Source of the DNA: Octopus vulgaris
Taxonomy: Eukaryota
Direction: 5' to 3'
DNA length: 64,000 nucleotides
Assembly (NCBI GenBank): GCA_951406725.2
Contig: OX597818.1
Location: forward strand, 69,812,001-69,876,000
The position numbers were made by a program, and so were the translations under genes. This document shows positions 11,943-25,037 of this stretch, in pieces (the first letter of the stretch is position 1; every line of letters begins with the position of its first letter). Below the pieces are notes generated by a model. It saw only the letters and a program-made list of their open reading frames with translations. It was not told where the DNA came from and searched no databases.

Positions 11943-12757
11943 CAGCATCACCTCTTTAGATTCTAACTCCCTCTAGGAAAAAAATTCTTTATTGAACTTC
12001 CTATATTTGCTTTCTATGGAATAAAAGAAAGTTGTTGACGGGAAAGGTTCGACTCACTCGTATATAATGAAGATGTTGTCTGTCTTTTAAAATTAAAAAT
12101 ATTCTTCTCATATCTTTCCAATTATAGCTGAACTAACATTTTAATAAGATGAAGAAACTTGGATGCATATTAACCGCTTTGTAAAAGTCAAATAAACTGT
12201 TGTATTCCCCATCACTGAGAACCCCCCCCCCTATAACTCATGTCTTCTATAAAGCTTCATCAATGCACCTCTCTTCCTTAAAGTGAATCAAATCTTCCTT
12301 AGAATCAGAAAAAGTCATGGGGTATAATCACAGTTAGACACGCACATGATAGGGTTCTATAAGGGGAAAAAAATGGTCCTTCAAATTCAAGTACTGCCCA
12401 AGGGTATCCTTGGGCATTATGTTAATGAAATTTCTTTTAGTTTTTCTTTTAACTTTTCCCATTTTTCTTTTGGTGTTTTTCTTACCTTTCTCCATCTAAT
12501 TCCTCCCCACCAAAATAAAGTCAATTATTGAAGTGAAAGTCTAACTTGAGATGCAACATTTTTAAGCATTCACCACTTTTTTACCTGTATTTAAGTATAT
12601 TTTTATTCCTGTTTCTCATTTTCCCTGTAACTCCATTCTTTTCACATGGAAATGTTCTTTACAAGTTAAAAATGGTAAAACAATAAATTGTCAGATATAT
12701 TATTTTATTTACATTATTTACATTTGATGAATATTTGTCCTCATCTTGTTTGTTGTT

Positions 12758-12803
12758 AACAAAACGTTTCAGCTGATATACCCTCCAGCCTTCATCAGGT
12801 GTC
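12758..12803 (-). ncRNA. Degenerate dimer-type hammerhead ribozyme within a Penelope-like repeat (about 12705-12850)
   Basis: GACAC-CUGAUGA-a-GGCUGG-aggguaua-UCAGCU-GAAAC-GUU-uUGUU. Palindromic AACGUU replaces stem III; the first pair of stem I is mismatched. Confidence 0.6.
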
Positions 12804-12850
12804 TTGGAGAAATTTCGAACCTGGGTTTCATTCCTAAGATATTTTTCCAT

Positions 12851-12854
12851 GTTG

Positions 12855-12924
<70 letters not shown>

Positions 12925-12927
12925 CAT
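12851..12927. repeat. (TAT)n microsatellite
   Basis: Direct inspection. Confidence 0.95.
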
Positions 12928-14117
12928 TCAGGTCACTGCCTGGAATCAAACTCGGAATCTTGGGGTTAGTAGCCATATGCACATGCTGCTAACACTGCAT
13001 TCTAATTCTAATAGTATTTTAATTATTAACTTTTTGTGATGATGATCCTCATCACCATCATCATCCTTTAATGTCCGTTTTTTCCATTCTGGCATGGGTT
13101 TGACAGCTTGACAGGATCTGGCAATCTGTAACATGCTCCAGGGTCAGCTTTGGCAATGGTTTCTATGGATGGATGCCCTTCCTAATACCAAACACTTTAT
13201 AGAGCGTACTGGGTGCCTTTTCTCTACCACTAACTCTATAGAAAACAGTATAGCAATTAAAATGATATCATTTTGAAAATGAAAATTACAATGTATTATT
13301 TAAAGAGCTTCAATTATCACATTTATGCTTTAAACCTAATAATAAACTTAGAATAGGCTCCAAGGGCTAGGTTTTGCACCGTGAAATTGAACTTGGAATC
13401 ATGTGGTTAGAAAGTTAACTTCTTAACCATACAGTCATGTCTGCCTTTCTGTATAAACGGTGTCTAGTTAATCCCATTGACTTCAATGAATAACTCGTGT
13501 ATAATTTATTGACCCTGAAAAGTTGAACAACAAAAGCTGTCAACATCCAGGATTGAACTCAGAGCATAAGGACCCAGAACAAATATTACTAAACATTTTT
13601 TTCTGACATTCTAAAGATTCTGTCAACCAATATGCAACATTTTGTCCAAATTCCAAATCAAAACTTTCCACAAAGTTCTCCACAATTCTGTATAAATTAG
13701 GAATAAAAGGATTTCATTGTTAAGATCAAAACAATATATAAGTTTTTCGCAACTCTCTCAAAGTCATTAATATATTTCTGTTGTCCATAATGCTTGTCTT
13801 GTAACATTAATCATAGGTTAGAATACCTCCAAATTGATTACATATTAGTCATACCTTTATTGGCATTTAGCATACATATTTCTCCTTAAAAAATAAAGCC
13901 CTGCTTGCAGACATTTATTCATTCTTATAGAGTATTGTTTAGTGGTGTTGAACAGTCAGAATGAATTTTAGTTTGTCTCGGCAAGTTGTCGGCAGCTTCA
14001 TTAGAAATTAAATGCAATAATTTTGAATGCTGGCAGCATTCACAGTTCATTTGCCTATTTTTATTAAATATTTTACATCAATATTACGAAGTGCGTAAAA
14101 GTAACCCATTCTTAAAT

Positions 14118-14790
14118 ATGGCTGGAATTAATAAAAGAAAAAGAATTGACAGAGACAGCTCTTTGTTCAATAAAAAATGGACAGATAATTATTTTTTCAT
14201 AGAAGTAAATGGAAATTCTGTGTGTCTTATTTGTTAAAGATTTGGTTGCAGTTTATGATGATAAAAAAGTGGTTTTAAACTCTTCTGTTTGACCAAGCAT
14301 CCTGAATATAAAAAAAAAAACTGAAAGGGACTTGGCATTTAGACAAGCCAGCATTTCCCAAGAATCTTTATGTAAACAGCAATCTATTTTCAAAAATACA
14401 TATTAATGAAAATACTTTTGCAATGTAAGCAAGTTATGAAGTGTGTAAGCTAATTGCCAAGAAAATGAAGCTGCATGTTGAAGGCAAGTTTATTAAAAAG
14501 TGAGTGCATATTTGCTGTTGCATGAATTTTAATTCCAGAAAATGTCAAATTGTTTGAGAATATTAGTTTATCACGTATCTCACAGTGTAAATGACATGGC
14601 TCGCTGTATCCAAGAATCCTTAAAGCTCACAGCATCATAATGTGTGTTTTATTTAAAAGCTGTAGATAAGGCGACAGATATGGAAACCACAGCCTGGTTG
14701 GTTGCCTTTACAAATAATGGCAAACTTGGAGAAGATTTATTTGGACTAACAAAGGTGAAGGTCTTTTTCTTGTGTTCAAATAAGCCGTAA
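14118..14790 (+). mobile_element. hAT (Charlie/SPIN, GTF2IRD2-like) transposase remnant
   Basis: MAGINKRKRIDRDSSLFNKKWTDNYFFIEVNGNSVCLIC (BED-finger start), ASYEVCKLIAKKMK...EGKFIKK, PENVKLFENISLSR, AVDKATDMETTAWL (like ALDESTD..DTAQL). Many stops. Confidence 0.85.
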
Positions 14791-14807
14791 TCATCATCAT
14801 CGTCGTC

Positions 14808-14844
<37 letters not shown>

Positions 14845-15742
14845 TGTTTTAACAATGTCTTCACCATATTCATTGTTGTCATCATCATCATCATCACCAT
14901 TGTTTTAACATCTACTTTTCCATGCTTGTAACGACCCTGACTGGGTCATACAAGAGTAAGTTGGAGCCAGTTTCTCAAGAGCTGCATCGACTTTCTGAGG
15001 CCAACTCCCATTGGTTTTCAAAGTGAAAGAATAATATCCGACTTGGTCAAACAACAAACAGTCTGAATATGTTACCACAGAGAACTGAAAATACATGGTG
15101 TATGAATGAGCCTCTTGTTTACAACCAGGAAATCACTCACGCAAACACACAAACAGACACACAAGCACACACACATACACACACATGTATAGGTGACTGG
15201 CATCTTTCAGTTTTCCTCGACCAAATCCACTCACAAGGCTTTGGTCAACCAATATGAACAGATTTTCCCACCCTTAAATTTACTCAAGACTTCCAGAGAA
15301 GAACATTTTCCAACTAAGAATTGTTACACCATTGATCCCATTTCATTTCAAGACCAAAAAAAGAATCAATGTTTTGATTAAGCTTAATCAGTCTCTAACA
15401 AGCTTTCATTAAATTCTGAAGCATTACACTCTGTGGTTTCTTTGGTGGTTTTAATATTTTAAATCATCGTTAATATTTAGTTAATTAATGTACTGTAACA
15501 CTTTAATTAATGCTGATTAATGTAACTGCATGCAGGCCTGTGAATTTGCTTAATTAAACATTCATCATTTTCTCAGCAGATGAGATTGTGTTGTTGAAGA
15601 ATTCGTTTTACAATCACTTGGTTCTAGGTTCATTCTTGCTAAACAGCACCCAAGACAAGAGTCTTCTACAACAACACTAAACCACCAAATGCTTTGGGAA
15701 GGAATTTGGTTGGCGGAAACTATACAAACTTAATACAATATT

Positions 15743-15970
15743 AAGGTGGCAAACTGGCAGAAACGTTAGCGTGCCGGGCAAAATGCTTAGCAGTATTTTG
15801 TCTGCTGTTACATTCTGAGTTCAAATTCTGCTGAGGTCGACTTTGCCTTTCATCCTTTTGGGGTCAATAAATTAAGTACCAGTTGTGCACTGATGTAATC
15901 GACTTAATCCCTTTGTCTGTCCTTGTTTGTCCCCTCTATTTTTAGCCCCTTGTGGGCAATAATGAAATAG
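15743..15970 (+). mobile_element. Near full-length tRNA-derived SINE
   Basis: Head aaggtggcaaactggcagaaacgttag, B box gagttcaaattc, core gaggtcgactttgcctttcatcc, tail ccccttgtgggcaataatgaaatagg. Confidence 0.9.
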
Positions 15971-15989
15971 GAAACTATACAAAGCTCAC

Positions 15990-16028
<39 letters not shown>

Positions 16029-16575
16029 TTGTATGAAAAGTCAGAGTTACTACTGTTTCCCCTGCTGTTATTTCCTTGCTCAAAAATCATCTGGTAACTC
16101 TGCACTTTCAAAGACTTGTGTAATAAAAAAAAATCCCTACTTGAAAAGAAGGACAAGAGTTAGCGGCAGGAAGAGCATCCAGTTAGTGTAGAATAACAGA
16201 TGCAAAATAAGCATAAAAGAAAAAGAAACAGTCATATGCCTGCTAGAAATTGCAACCAAATCTCTCTCAAATCACACCCTATCACCTTAAAAGAACAAAA
16301 ACAGCTCTACAATCCTGGATATACCTCAAGTGACAAATAGGAAGCTGGAATGGTCATGTCTTGAATGTTTATTCATCGAGGGTTGATATGGAGATAAGCA
16401 ATGACAACAACAATAACAACACTTCATCATTGTCCCCCAGATTCACATCCCCACCCCTCACTCTCAGATTACTCCTGTCTTTGGCAATGTTTTCCCTGCA
16501 AACCTCAGCATACAAAATTATGTTTAAACTGAACATCAACCACATCGATCTCACTTGTCGGAAGAGTGGGGAAAG

Positions 16576-16599
16576 GGGTCAAAAGGTCAGCAAAGGTCA
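16576..16599 (+). promoter_or_regulatory. Candidate nuclear-receptor response element (DR2 + DR4)
   Basis: GGGTCA-aa-AGGTCA-gcaa-AGGTCA: three perfect RGGTCA half-sites in 24 bp. Function is unproven. Confidence 0.3.
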
Positions 16600-16699
16600 T
16601 GAACACCAACATCTCAACTGAAACTGAATTTTCATTTTTTTGAAATGATTTCTTTCACTCCCCACTCATGCAATTTATTCTCTTAATAGCAAATAATAT

Positions 16700-16905
16700 T
16701 AATGATGAAGCTGATGACAATGATGATGATGACGACAACAACAATGACAACGATGACGATGATGATGATGACAATGATGATTATGACAATGATGGTGATG
16801 ATGATGATGATGGTGGTGATGATGATAACGGGGATGTATTTATTTGCCATGATAATATTAATAATGATAATAATTACTATGATAATGGTGACGATGATGA
16901 TGATT
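16700..16905. repeat. (GAT/GAC)n microsatellite
   Basis: Direct inspection. Confidence 0.9.
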
Positions 16906-17425
16906 TTTATGTTGAATTAATATCTTCATTTCTCCTTTCAAAATTTTCTATAAAATTATTCCCAACTGAAAACTTTTTTTTTACTTTTATATTTCTAAAA
17001 ATATTGAAATTATCAGAGCATTGTAGAGATTTATTAAAAATGTTGATTGATTATTTATCATTGTGGACTGAGAAATAATTGTACTCCGGCAGTGTGACCA
17101 TTGATGACATTGCTTAAATGAGATTTATTGCCAACGATGATCTGTTATATTTTAATTTTTATGATTTGATGCCCTTCTTAAACAATAATTATTCAACTAT
17201 AAAGTTTGGTTTATAAGTGAAGCATGGATGTGACTGTGTGCTCAAGAGATTTCATTCCCAACCTTAAGGTCCTGGGTTCAGTCCTGCAGTGTGTGGCACA
17301 TAGGGCCGGTGTTTTCTATTTAAGCCTTAGTTATCATACACAGAAACTAAAACAATCCCTTTGTACACACACACACTGGCACACACGCACACACGCACAC
17401 ACACACACACACATACACACACACA

Positions 17426-17457
<32 letters not shown>

Positions 17458-17959
17458 TTTACACACACATCTTACTCTAACTCAAGTTCCTTTCTTTTCT
17501 AACTGGGCCATCCTTGTTTCTCTTCTACAGCAAGACACTTGTCTCTGCCCCTCTATACTTCTAATCTCTCATCAACTGCCACAAAGACACGCCCCTCTAT
17601 ACTTCTCCCTCCTCCTTGTCAAGGGCTTTTTTGCCTTGCAAGGTACTTGGTAATGGTGTCATGTAAAAAGCACCCAACACTCTCTGTAAAGTGGTTGGTG
17701 TTAAGAAGGTCATCCAGTGATAGGAACCATACCAAAACTAACAATGGAACCTGGTGCTCTATTGTCTGTTTTGACATGTTTTCTATGGTGGTGGCCACCA
17801 CTTCTCTCTTTGGATCCTTGACTTCTGTTTTGTAACTTCGTTTCTGTAACCTTTTCCTAATTATAGTTCAAATGCAGAATTCCCTTTAAGTATAATAAGG
17901 ATCTTGGAGAGTTGTAAAGCTTATTAGGATTAAGTTAATATACATACTTAAAATAGGGC

Positions 17960-18190
17960 ATTGAGCTGGCAGAATCGTTAGCACACCAGGCAAAATGTTT
18001 AGCGGAATTTTTGTCAGTGTTTACATTCTGAGTTCAAATTCCACCAAGGTCGACTTTGCCTTTCATACTTTCGGGGTCAATTAAATAAGTACCAGTTACG
18101 CACTGGGGTCAATGTAATCAACTTAATCTCTTTGTATGTCCTTGTTTGTCTGCTCTATGTTTAGCCCCCTGTGGACAATAAAGAAATAAT
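17960..18190 (+). mobile_element. tRNA-derived SINE
   Basis: Collinear with 15743-15970. Confidence 0.9.
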
Positions 18191-19869
18191 TATACATACT
18201 TGAAATAGCCTTAGATAAACATATCCATGTGCATAGCATTCATAACGTATATACAAATGTAGAAGAACATAGCTATAATATTCTCGTAGAAGATTTTGGG
18301 TTAACAAACCCAGGACTTTCCTTAGAATGTCAGTGGATCACCAGGCACCATATTTCAACCTGATTTGGTTTCCTTAGGGATAAATACCCCTGATACACTA
18401 CCTCGGTGATAAATACCCCAGACATTCCAAGCTAAATCAAAAATGCTTGTTCCAATAAAAAAATAAGAAAAAGAATTACTGATATCACTTAGAAGACAAG
18501 TTCACAAAAGTTTTTATATTCTGAAGTATGATGGAAGATTTTCATTGAAATAGTAACACTTTGAAACAAGAGAATTCTCTCATAAGAGTGGGATTAATCT
18601 CAATGGAGTTGGTGTCAGAATATTTAGTAAGCAGAATGTTTTGTTAATTTGACCCTGTTGAAAAAGACATTTAGAAAAAAAAAATCAAACAACCCTCAGT
18701 AAATCAACAGAAAGTGTTGCAACAATGACCATTAAAGGCCTTGATGTTGACATTAAAAACCATTTCTTATTAATGAAGTCATATATCTTCTACCTTCAAC
18801 AATATTCCCAACTCTATACGGATATGATGGAGAGTAATTAGAAAGCCAAGGTAAATAAGAAGATCATAAAAATATAATGAAAAAATGACAACAAATATAA
18901 TAGCTAAGCCAGATTAATTGTATTTTTTAATGAAACAAAACATCAAGGTAAGCTAAAACTTATTCGGCTCCAGGGAAATGGTATTGCGTGTGTGATTCAT
19001 TGAAAAAACCAACAGGTATTTAGGATTACCATGGGTGAATTGTTTAGTAATTTGTAAGAGGAAAAGTCAACGATATTTAATTACAGCAATACTGGCAAGA
19101 TGGATGGATATTTTGGAAAGTGACACATACCCCGACAGCCACCACCACCACCACTGTATACACCCTAGGTTATTGACTACTCTCTACATTTACGCTCCTA
19201 TCCCCACTACTCAATCACCTTCCCATCTCTGGCCTTTCTGCTGTCATTGCTCTCTTTCACATTCTCCTCTTATTCAATGCACCTTAGGTTGCTGGGGATT
19301 GACCCCACCCCCCATATCCTGTATACAAGATACTTTACACTTATACTGGAGCAAATGGAACCCTTTTGTACCCCTCTTTACAGGTGAATTGTGTGCAAGG
19401 CTACCCGTCTAGGCTGGTATCACAAGAATGCTCCCAAGTAAACACTGTAAAGGGATAGACAAATGAGCTAAGAAGGGGTAGAGTTGTGAGATCCTTTTCA
19501 CCTTTTCAATGCCAACCCACTTAAGACCACCCCTGATTCTATGATACAGCTCTCTGATTCAAAACTATTTAAGTTAAAATTCTCCATTTTTTGGTTTCAA
19601 ACTTCAAATTAATAACAACTTGTTTTGCTAAATACTTTATTATTTTCAAAATAATTAAAAACGAGTATTCCTCTAGAAATATGGTAAGAAAAAGGTTATT
19701 CCTATTTCACCAAGGTCTTTTCCACCCTACTATAACTGATGCCACAAGAAAATTTATCCAATACATTTTGTTAAGTAGTTGGTGATAAGCAGGGCATTCA
19801 CCCCTAGAAAATCATGTCTAAGCATCAATTTTAGGGTTTTAAATAAGTTAGCACAGGCAAATCATATAG

Positions 19870-22650
19870 GTATAAACTCTTCTGGGAAGGTAATAGTGAT
19901 GGAATAGAGGGTGTGGGCATACTTCTTGCAGAGAAATGGGTAGATAAAGTCATAGAGGTAGTGAGAGTGTGCGATAGAGTACTTAAACTCAGGCTAGTTT
20001 GGCAGAATGGTATAGCTATAATTATCTCTGCCTACGCCCCACAAGTGGGCCTACCAAATGAACAGAAGGATCAGTTTTATGATATTCTTCTGTGAGCTAC
20101 CTCAGAGATGAGGGATAATGATCTCATCTTTGTGGGTTGAGATTTTAATGGGCATGTCAGATAGCAACATGGTATCTTCCATGTGGTACATGGAGACCAT
20201 GGAGTTGATACCAGAAATGAAGAAGGAACTAGGCTCCTGGAGTTCTGTGATGCAAATAACCTTTTGATCTGCAACACCAACTTCAGGAAGCCACCTGATA
20301 ACCTATCAGTCAGGTAACTCTGCTAGCCAGATTGATTTCATTCTCACCAGACAGCAGGAACATGGTTGCTCTTAAATACAAAGACCTTCCCTGGTGAAGA
20401 ATGTACCCCCCAGCATAGACTAGTTATTAGTAACTTTAGACTTAAGGCCAGAAAGATGCCAAAAAGCAGACCAATCTGGAAAAGAAGGACTTGGAAGCGT
20501 AAGAACCCTTCACATGGTCAGAGATTTGGGGTTATCCTTACCAAGAAATTTGATAGGGAGGAAGAGTTACAGTCCTGTGACATAGAAGACAATTGGGAAT
20601 TCCTGTGAGACAGCTTGCTGAGTGCCACAGACAAAATCTTTGACTGGTGCAAAGTTCCTTCCAGACCTAGGGTAACAAGGTGGTGTAACAATACTGGAGA
20701 CATTGCCATTAGAGCAAAGAAACGGACTTGGAAGGCCTGGAATAGTTAGGGGAAGCAGGAGAATGTATCAACCAAAAGGAAAGCTAGGAGACAGGTATAC
20801 ATAGCCAAGGAGTAGCAGAAAAGAAGTTTGCCAATGTTCAGCAACGTGAGAACCACAGAACTGGAGTATTTTGGATTGCAAGACGGTGTGTGAGAGAAAA
20901 CCGTAATGCTATAGGAGAGAAATGTCTCCGCATGGATGATGGTGCCCTTGCATTTAATGATTCTGCAAAGAAAGAAGCTTGGAGATGCTATTATGAAAGA
21001 CTGCTGAATGTGGAGAATGAACGAGAGGAGGTGAGTCTGCCAAAGGTTGACCCAATTGAGGGACCAGCTACCTGAATCAACATTACCCAGGTGGAAAACC
21101 AATTAAGGATATGACTACAAGGAAAGCACCTGGCCCATCAGGAATCACCGCTGGGATGCTTATAATATCAGGTGGTGTGGGTTATGGTCTTGTCCCCAAC
21201 ATCGTAAGTCAGGTACTTCATAAAGGAGCCATACCCAGTGACTGGTACAGAGGTATCAAAGTATTGGATCATGTGATGAAAGTTATGGAGAGGGTCATAG
21301 CCCAACTAATTAGGGAGAAAGTTAGCCTAGATGAGATGCAGTTTAGGTTTGTGCCAGGCAGAAGCACCACTGATGCTATATTTCTGGTAAGGTAACTGCA
21401 GGAGAAATATCTAGCCAAAGATAAACCTTTGTACTTAGCTTCTGTTGAGTTGGAGAAAGCCTTTGACAGAGTCCTCCAATCCCTTATCTGGTGGTCAATG
21501 TGGAAACTAGGGATAGACAAGTGGTTGTTAAGTGCTGTACAATCCCCGTACAGGGAGGATGTTGGTAAGGTGAGGGTTGGCAACGAGTATGGTGAAGAAT
21601 TCCAGGTAGAAGTAGGGGTTCACTAAGGTTCAGTCATCAGCCATTCTTATTCATCATAGTCCTCCAGGCAATAACAGAGGAATTCAAGACAGGCTGCTCC
21701 TCTATGCTGATGACCTTGCTCTGACAGCTGAGTCACTGCCAGAACTAGAGACAAAGTTTAGGGTGTGGAAGCAAGGTCTAGAATTGAAGGGTCTTAGGGT
21801 TAACCTAGCAAAAATCACAGTCTTAGTAAGTAGGAAGACTGACAAATCACAAACACCTTCAGGTAGATGGCCTTGCTTGATCTGCTGAAAAGGCATGGTT
21901 AGAAACTCTACACAATGTACCCAGTGTAAGCTATGGACACATCAAAGGAAGGTTAACCGGAAAGATAGTTTTTGTATGTGGCAGATGCACAGGGGCAATA
22001 AACACTGAAGATGTACAGAAAACAGATTCCATCACATACCAGTGGGAGAAAAACTAGAAGTAGTTGATAGCTTCTGCTACCTAGGCAAACAAGTCTGTAG
22101 TGGGAGTGGTTGCTCTGAGAGTGTAGTGGCTAGAAAAAGAATAGCCTGGGCAAAGTTCAGAGAGCTCCTACCTCTGCTAACAACAAAGGACCTCTCGCTC
22201 AGAGTAAAAGGTAGACTGTATGATGCATGGGTGTGAATTACCATGCTACACAGCAGTGAAACATGGGCCATGACTGCTGAGGACATGTGTAGGCTTGAAA
22301 GAATTGAAGCTAGTATGATCTGCTGGATGTGTAATGTCAGTGTGCACACACGATAGAGTGTGAGTGCCCTAAGAGACAGGTTGAGCACAAGAAGCATCAA
22401 ATGTGGTGTGCAAGAGAGACGACTGCACTGGTTTGGCCATGTATTATGTATGGATGAGAACAGCTGTGTGAGGAAATTCCACACCCTAACTGGGGAAGGA
22501 ACCTGTGGAAGAGGTAGACCCAGGAAGACATGGGATGAGGTGGTGAAGCATGACCTTTAAACGTTCGGCCTCACAGTGGCAATGACAGGAGACCAAGACT
22601 TTTGGAAATATGCTGTGATTGAGAAGACCCAGCAACTAAAGTGAGATCAC
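19870..22650 (+). mobile_element. RTE LINE copy 1 (APE + RT + PHD + C-terminus), degraded
   Basis: GVGILLAEKW, IISAYAPQVG, QIDFILTR, EECTPQHRLV, KAPGPSGI, EKAFDRV, YADDLAL, FCYLG, RRLHWFGHVL, RGRPRKTW. Multiple stops and frameshifts. Confidence 0.95.
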
Positions 22651-22724
22651 AGCTATGGTCAATGCTAGTGCTGCATGTCTGACCCATTTAAGAGTATTTA
22701 TTTAGCAGACTGCTATTACTTAAG

Positions 22725-24980
22725 ATTAGGAATACCTAAGATTAGATTAGTGCTCAATCATGGGTTAGTAACCGTTATCTCGGCCTATGCTCCTCAGCCA
22801 GGGTTACCCGATGGGCAGAAAGACCGATTCTATGACTCCCTCTTCCAGACTACCGAGTTGACGAATGACAGGGACCTTCTCTTTGTGGCTAGCGACTTCA
22901 ATGGACATGTTGGACAACATGTCGCAAGCTTCCATGGCATACATGGAGTCTATGGTTTTGGCTCTCGCAATGAGGAGGGAACCAGGCTGCTGGAGTTCTG
23001 TGACGCAAATGATCTTATGGTTTGCAACACTAACTTCAGAAAACCTACCAGCCACCTAGTCACCTACCACTCTGGCAGACACACTAGTCAGATCGACTAC
23101 ATCCTCACCAGAAAAAGGGAAAGATGGCTGCTTATAAATGCCAAAACCTTCCCAGGCGAAGAATGTACCCCACAACATAGACTAGTCGTTAGTGACTTCA
23201 GGATCAGGGCTAAATGGATGGCCAGAAGACAACCAGCAAGGAGAAGAAGGGTCTGGAGACTTAAAGATCCTGCAAATGGACAGAGATTTAGAGACATATT
23301 ACTTGAAGCCTTTGATTAAATAGAAGGGGATATTGCTTCACATGGTCTAGAAGACAACTGGAGGTTCCTACGGGACAACCTGCTAAGGGCCACTGACCAG
23401 ATCTGTGGATGGTGCAAAGTCCCCTCCCAACCCAAAATAACGTGGTGGTGGAACAATATTGTTGACAGGGCTATTAGACAAAAGAAACAGGCTTGGAAGG
23501 ACTGGAAGAACGGTGGTAGCAGGGAAGTGTACCAGACTGCCAGAAGGGAAGCTAGGAGGCAGGTATATTTAGCCAGAGGGGAAGCAGATAAGAAAGAATT
23601 TACCAATGTTTTGCGCCGTGAGGATGAAAGACTTGAGGTATTTCGTGTTGCAAGACAGTGAGTGAGAGAGAATCGTGATGTGGTAGGAGAGAAATGTGTT
23701 CGCATGGATGATGGTTCACTTGCGCTGAATGAGGATGCAAAGAGAGAGGTTTGGAGACACCACTATGAAAGGTTGCTGAATAAGGAAAATGGATGGGATA
23801 AAGAGAGTCTGCCGAACGTCGACCCAACAGAGGGACCAGCTATCCGAGTTGACAATTCCTTGGTAGTTAAGGCAATTAGAAGCATGAAGACAGGGAAAGC
23901 TCCAGGCCCATCAGGAATTACTGCAGAGATGCTTAAAATATCTGGCAGTGTCGGCTTATAGCCTAGTCACCCGAATAGTTAACCAGGTGATAAACGAAGG
24001 AGTATGACTGGTGTAGCAGCATAATAGTCAACTGCTACAAAGGTAAAGGTGACGTTTTAGATACAAATAATTACAGAGGTATCAGGCTGTTGGATCAGGT
24101 AATGAAGGTTACGAAGAGAGTCATAGCCCAACTGATTAGGGAGAGAGTCAGCTTGAGATGCAGTTTGGTTTCATGCCAGGAAAAAGCACCACTGATGCCA
24201 TATTTCTAGTGAGACAGCTGCAGGAGAAATACCTAGCCAAAGATAAGCCCCTGTACCTGGCTTTTGTTGACATGGAGAAAGCCTTTGACAGGGTTCCCCG
24301 GTCCCTTATCTGGTGGTCAATGAGGAAACTAGGGATAGATGAATGGATAGTGAGAGCTGTGCAAGCCATGTACAGGGACGCTGTAAGTAAGGTGAGGGCT
24401 GGTAACGAGTACACTGAAGAATTCAGGGTAGATGTAGGGGTCCACCAAGGGTCAGTCCTCAGCCCCCTCCTATTTATCATAGTCCTCCAAGCAATAACAG
24501 AGGAATTTAAGACAGGATGCTCTTGGGAGCCCCTCAATGTTGATGATCTTGCTCTAATAACTGAGTCACTATCAGAATTAGAGGCAAAGTTTCAAGTGTG
24601 GAAACAAGGATTAGAATTGAAGGGCCTTAGAATCAACCTAGCTAAAACCAAAGTCCTAATATGTAGGAAGGCAAGCAAACCACAAATCCCTTCAGGTAGA
24701 TGGCCCTGCTCAATCTGTAGTAGAGGTGTAGGTAGAATCTCTATAAGATGCACCCAGTGTAAGCTATGGCACATAAGAGGTGCAGCAATATCAAAGGAAG
24801 GCTAACAGGGAATATAGTCTTTGTATGTGGCAGATGCTCGGGAGCAATAAACACTGAAAATGCACAGAGAACTACTTCTGCCACATTCCATCGTTGCCAG
24901 TACTGCCTGACTGGCCCCCGTGCCGGTTGCACGTAAAAGCACCCACTACACTCTCAGAGTGGTTGGCATTAGGAAGGTGA
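22725..24980 (+). mobile_element. RTE LINE copy 2, related subfamily, 5'-truncated, with an internal deletion before the 3' UTR
   Basis: ORFs 22675-23319 (APE: ISAYAPQ, SDFNGHVG, QIDYIL) and 24158-24805 (RT: QFGFMPGKSTTDAIF, FVDMEKAFDRV, GVHQGSVLSPLLF, VDDLAL). Jumps to the 3' UTR at about 24890. Confidence 0.95.
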
Positions 24981-25004
24981 GCCATCTGATGTATATATGT
25001 ATTA

Positions 25005-25037
<33 letters not shown>

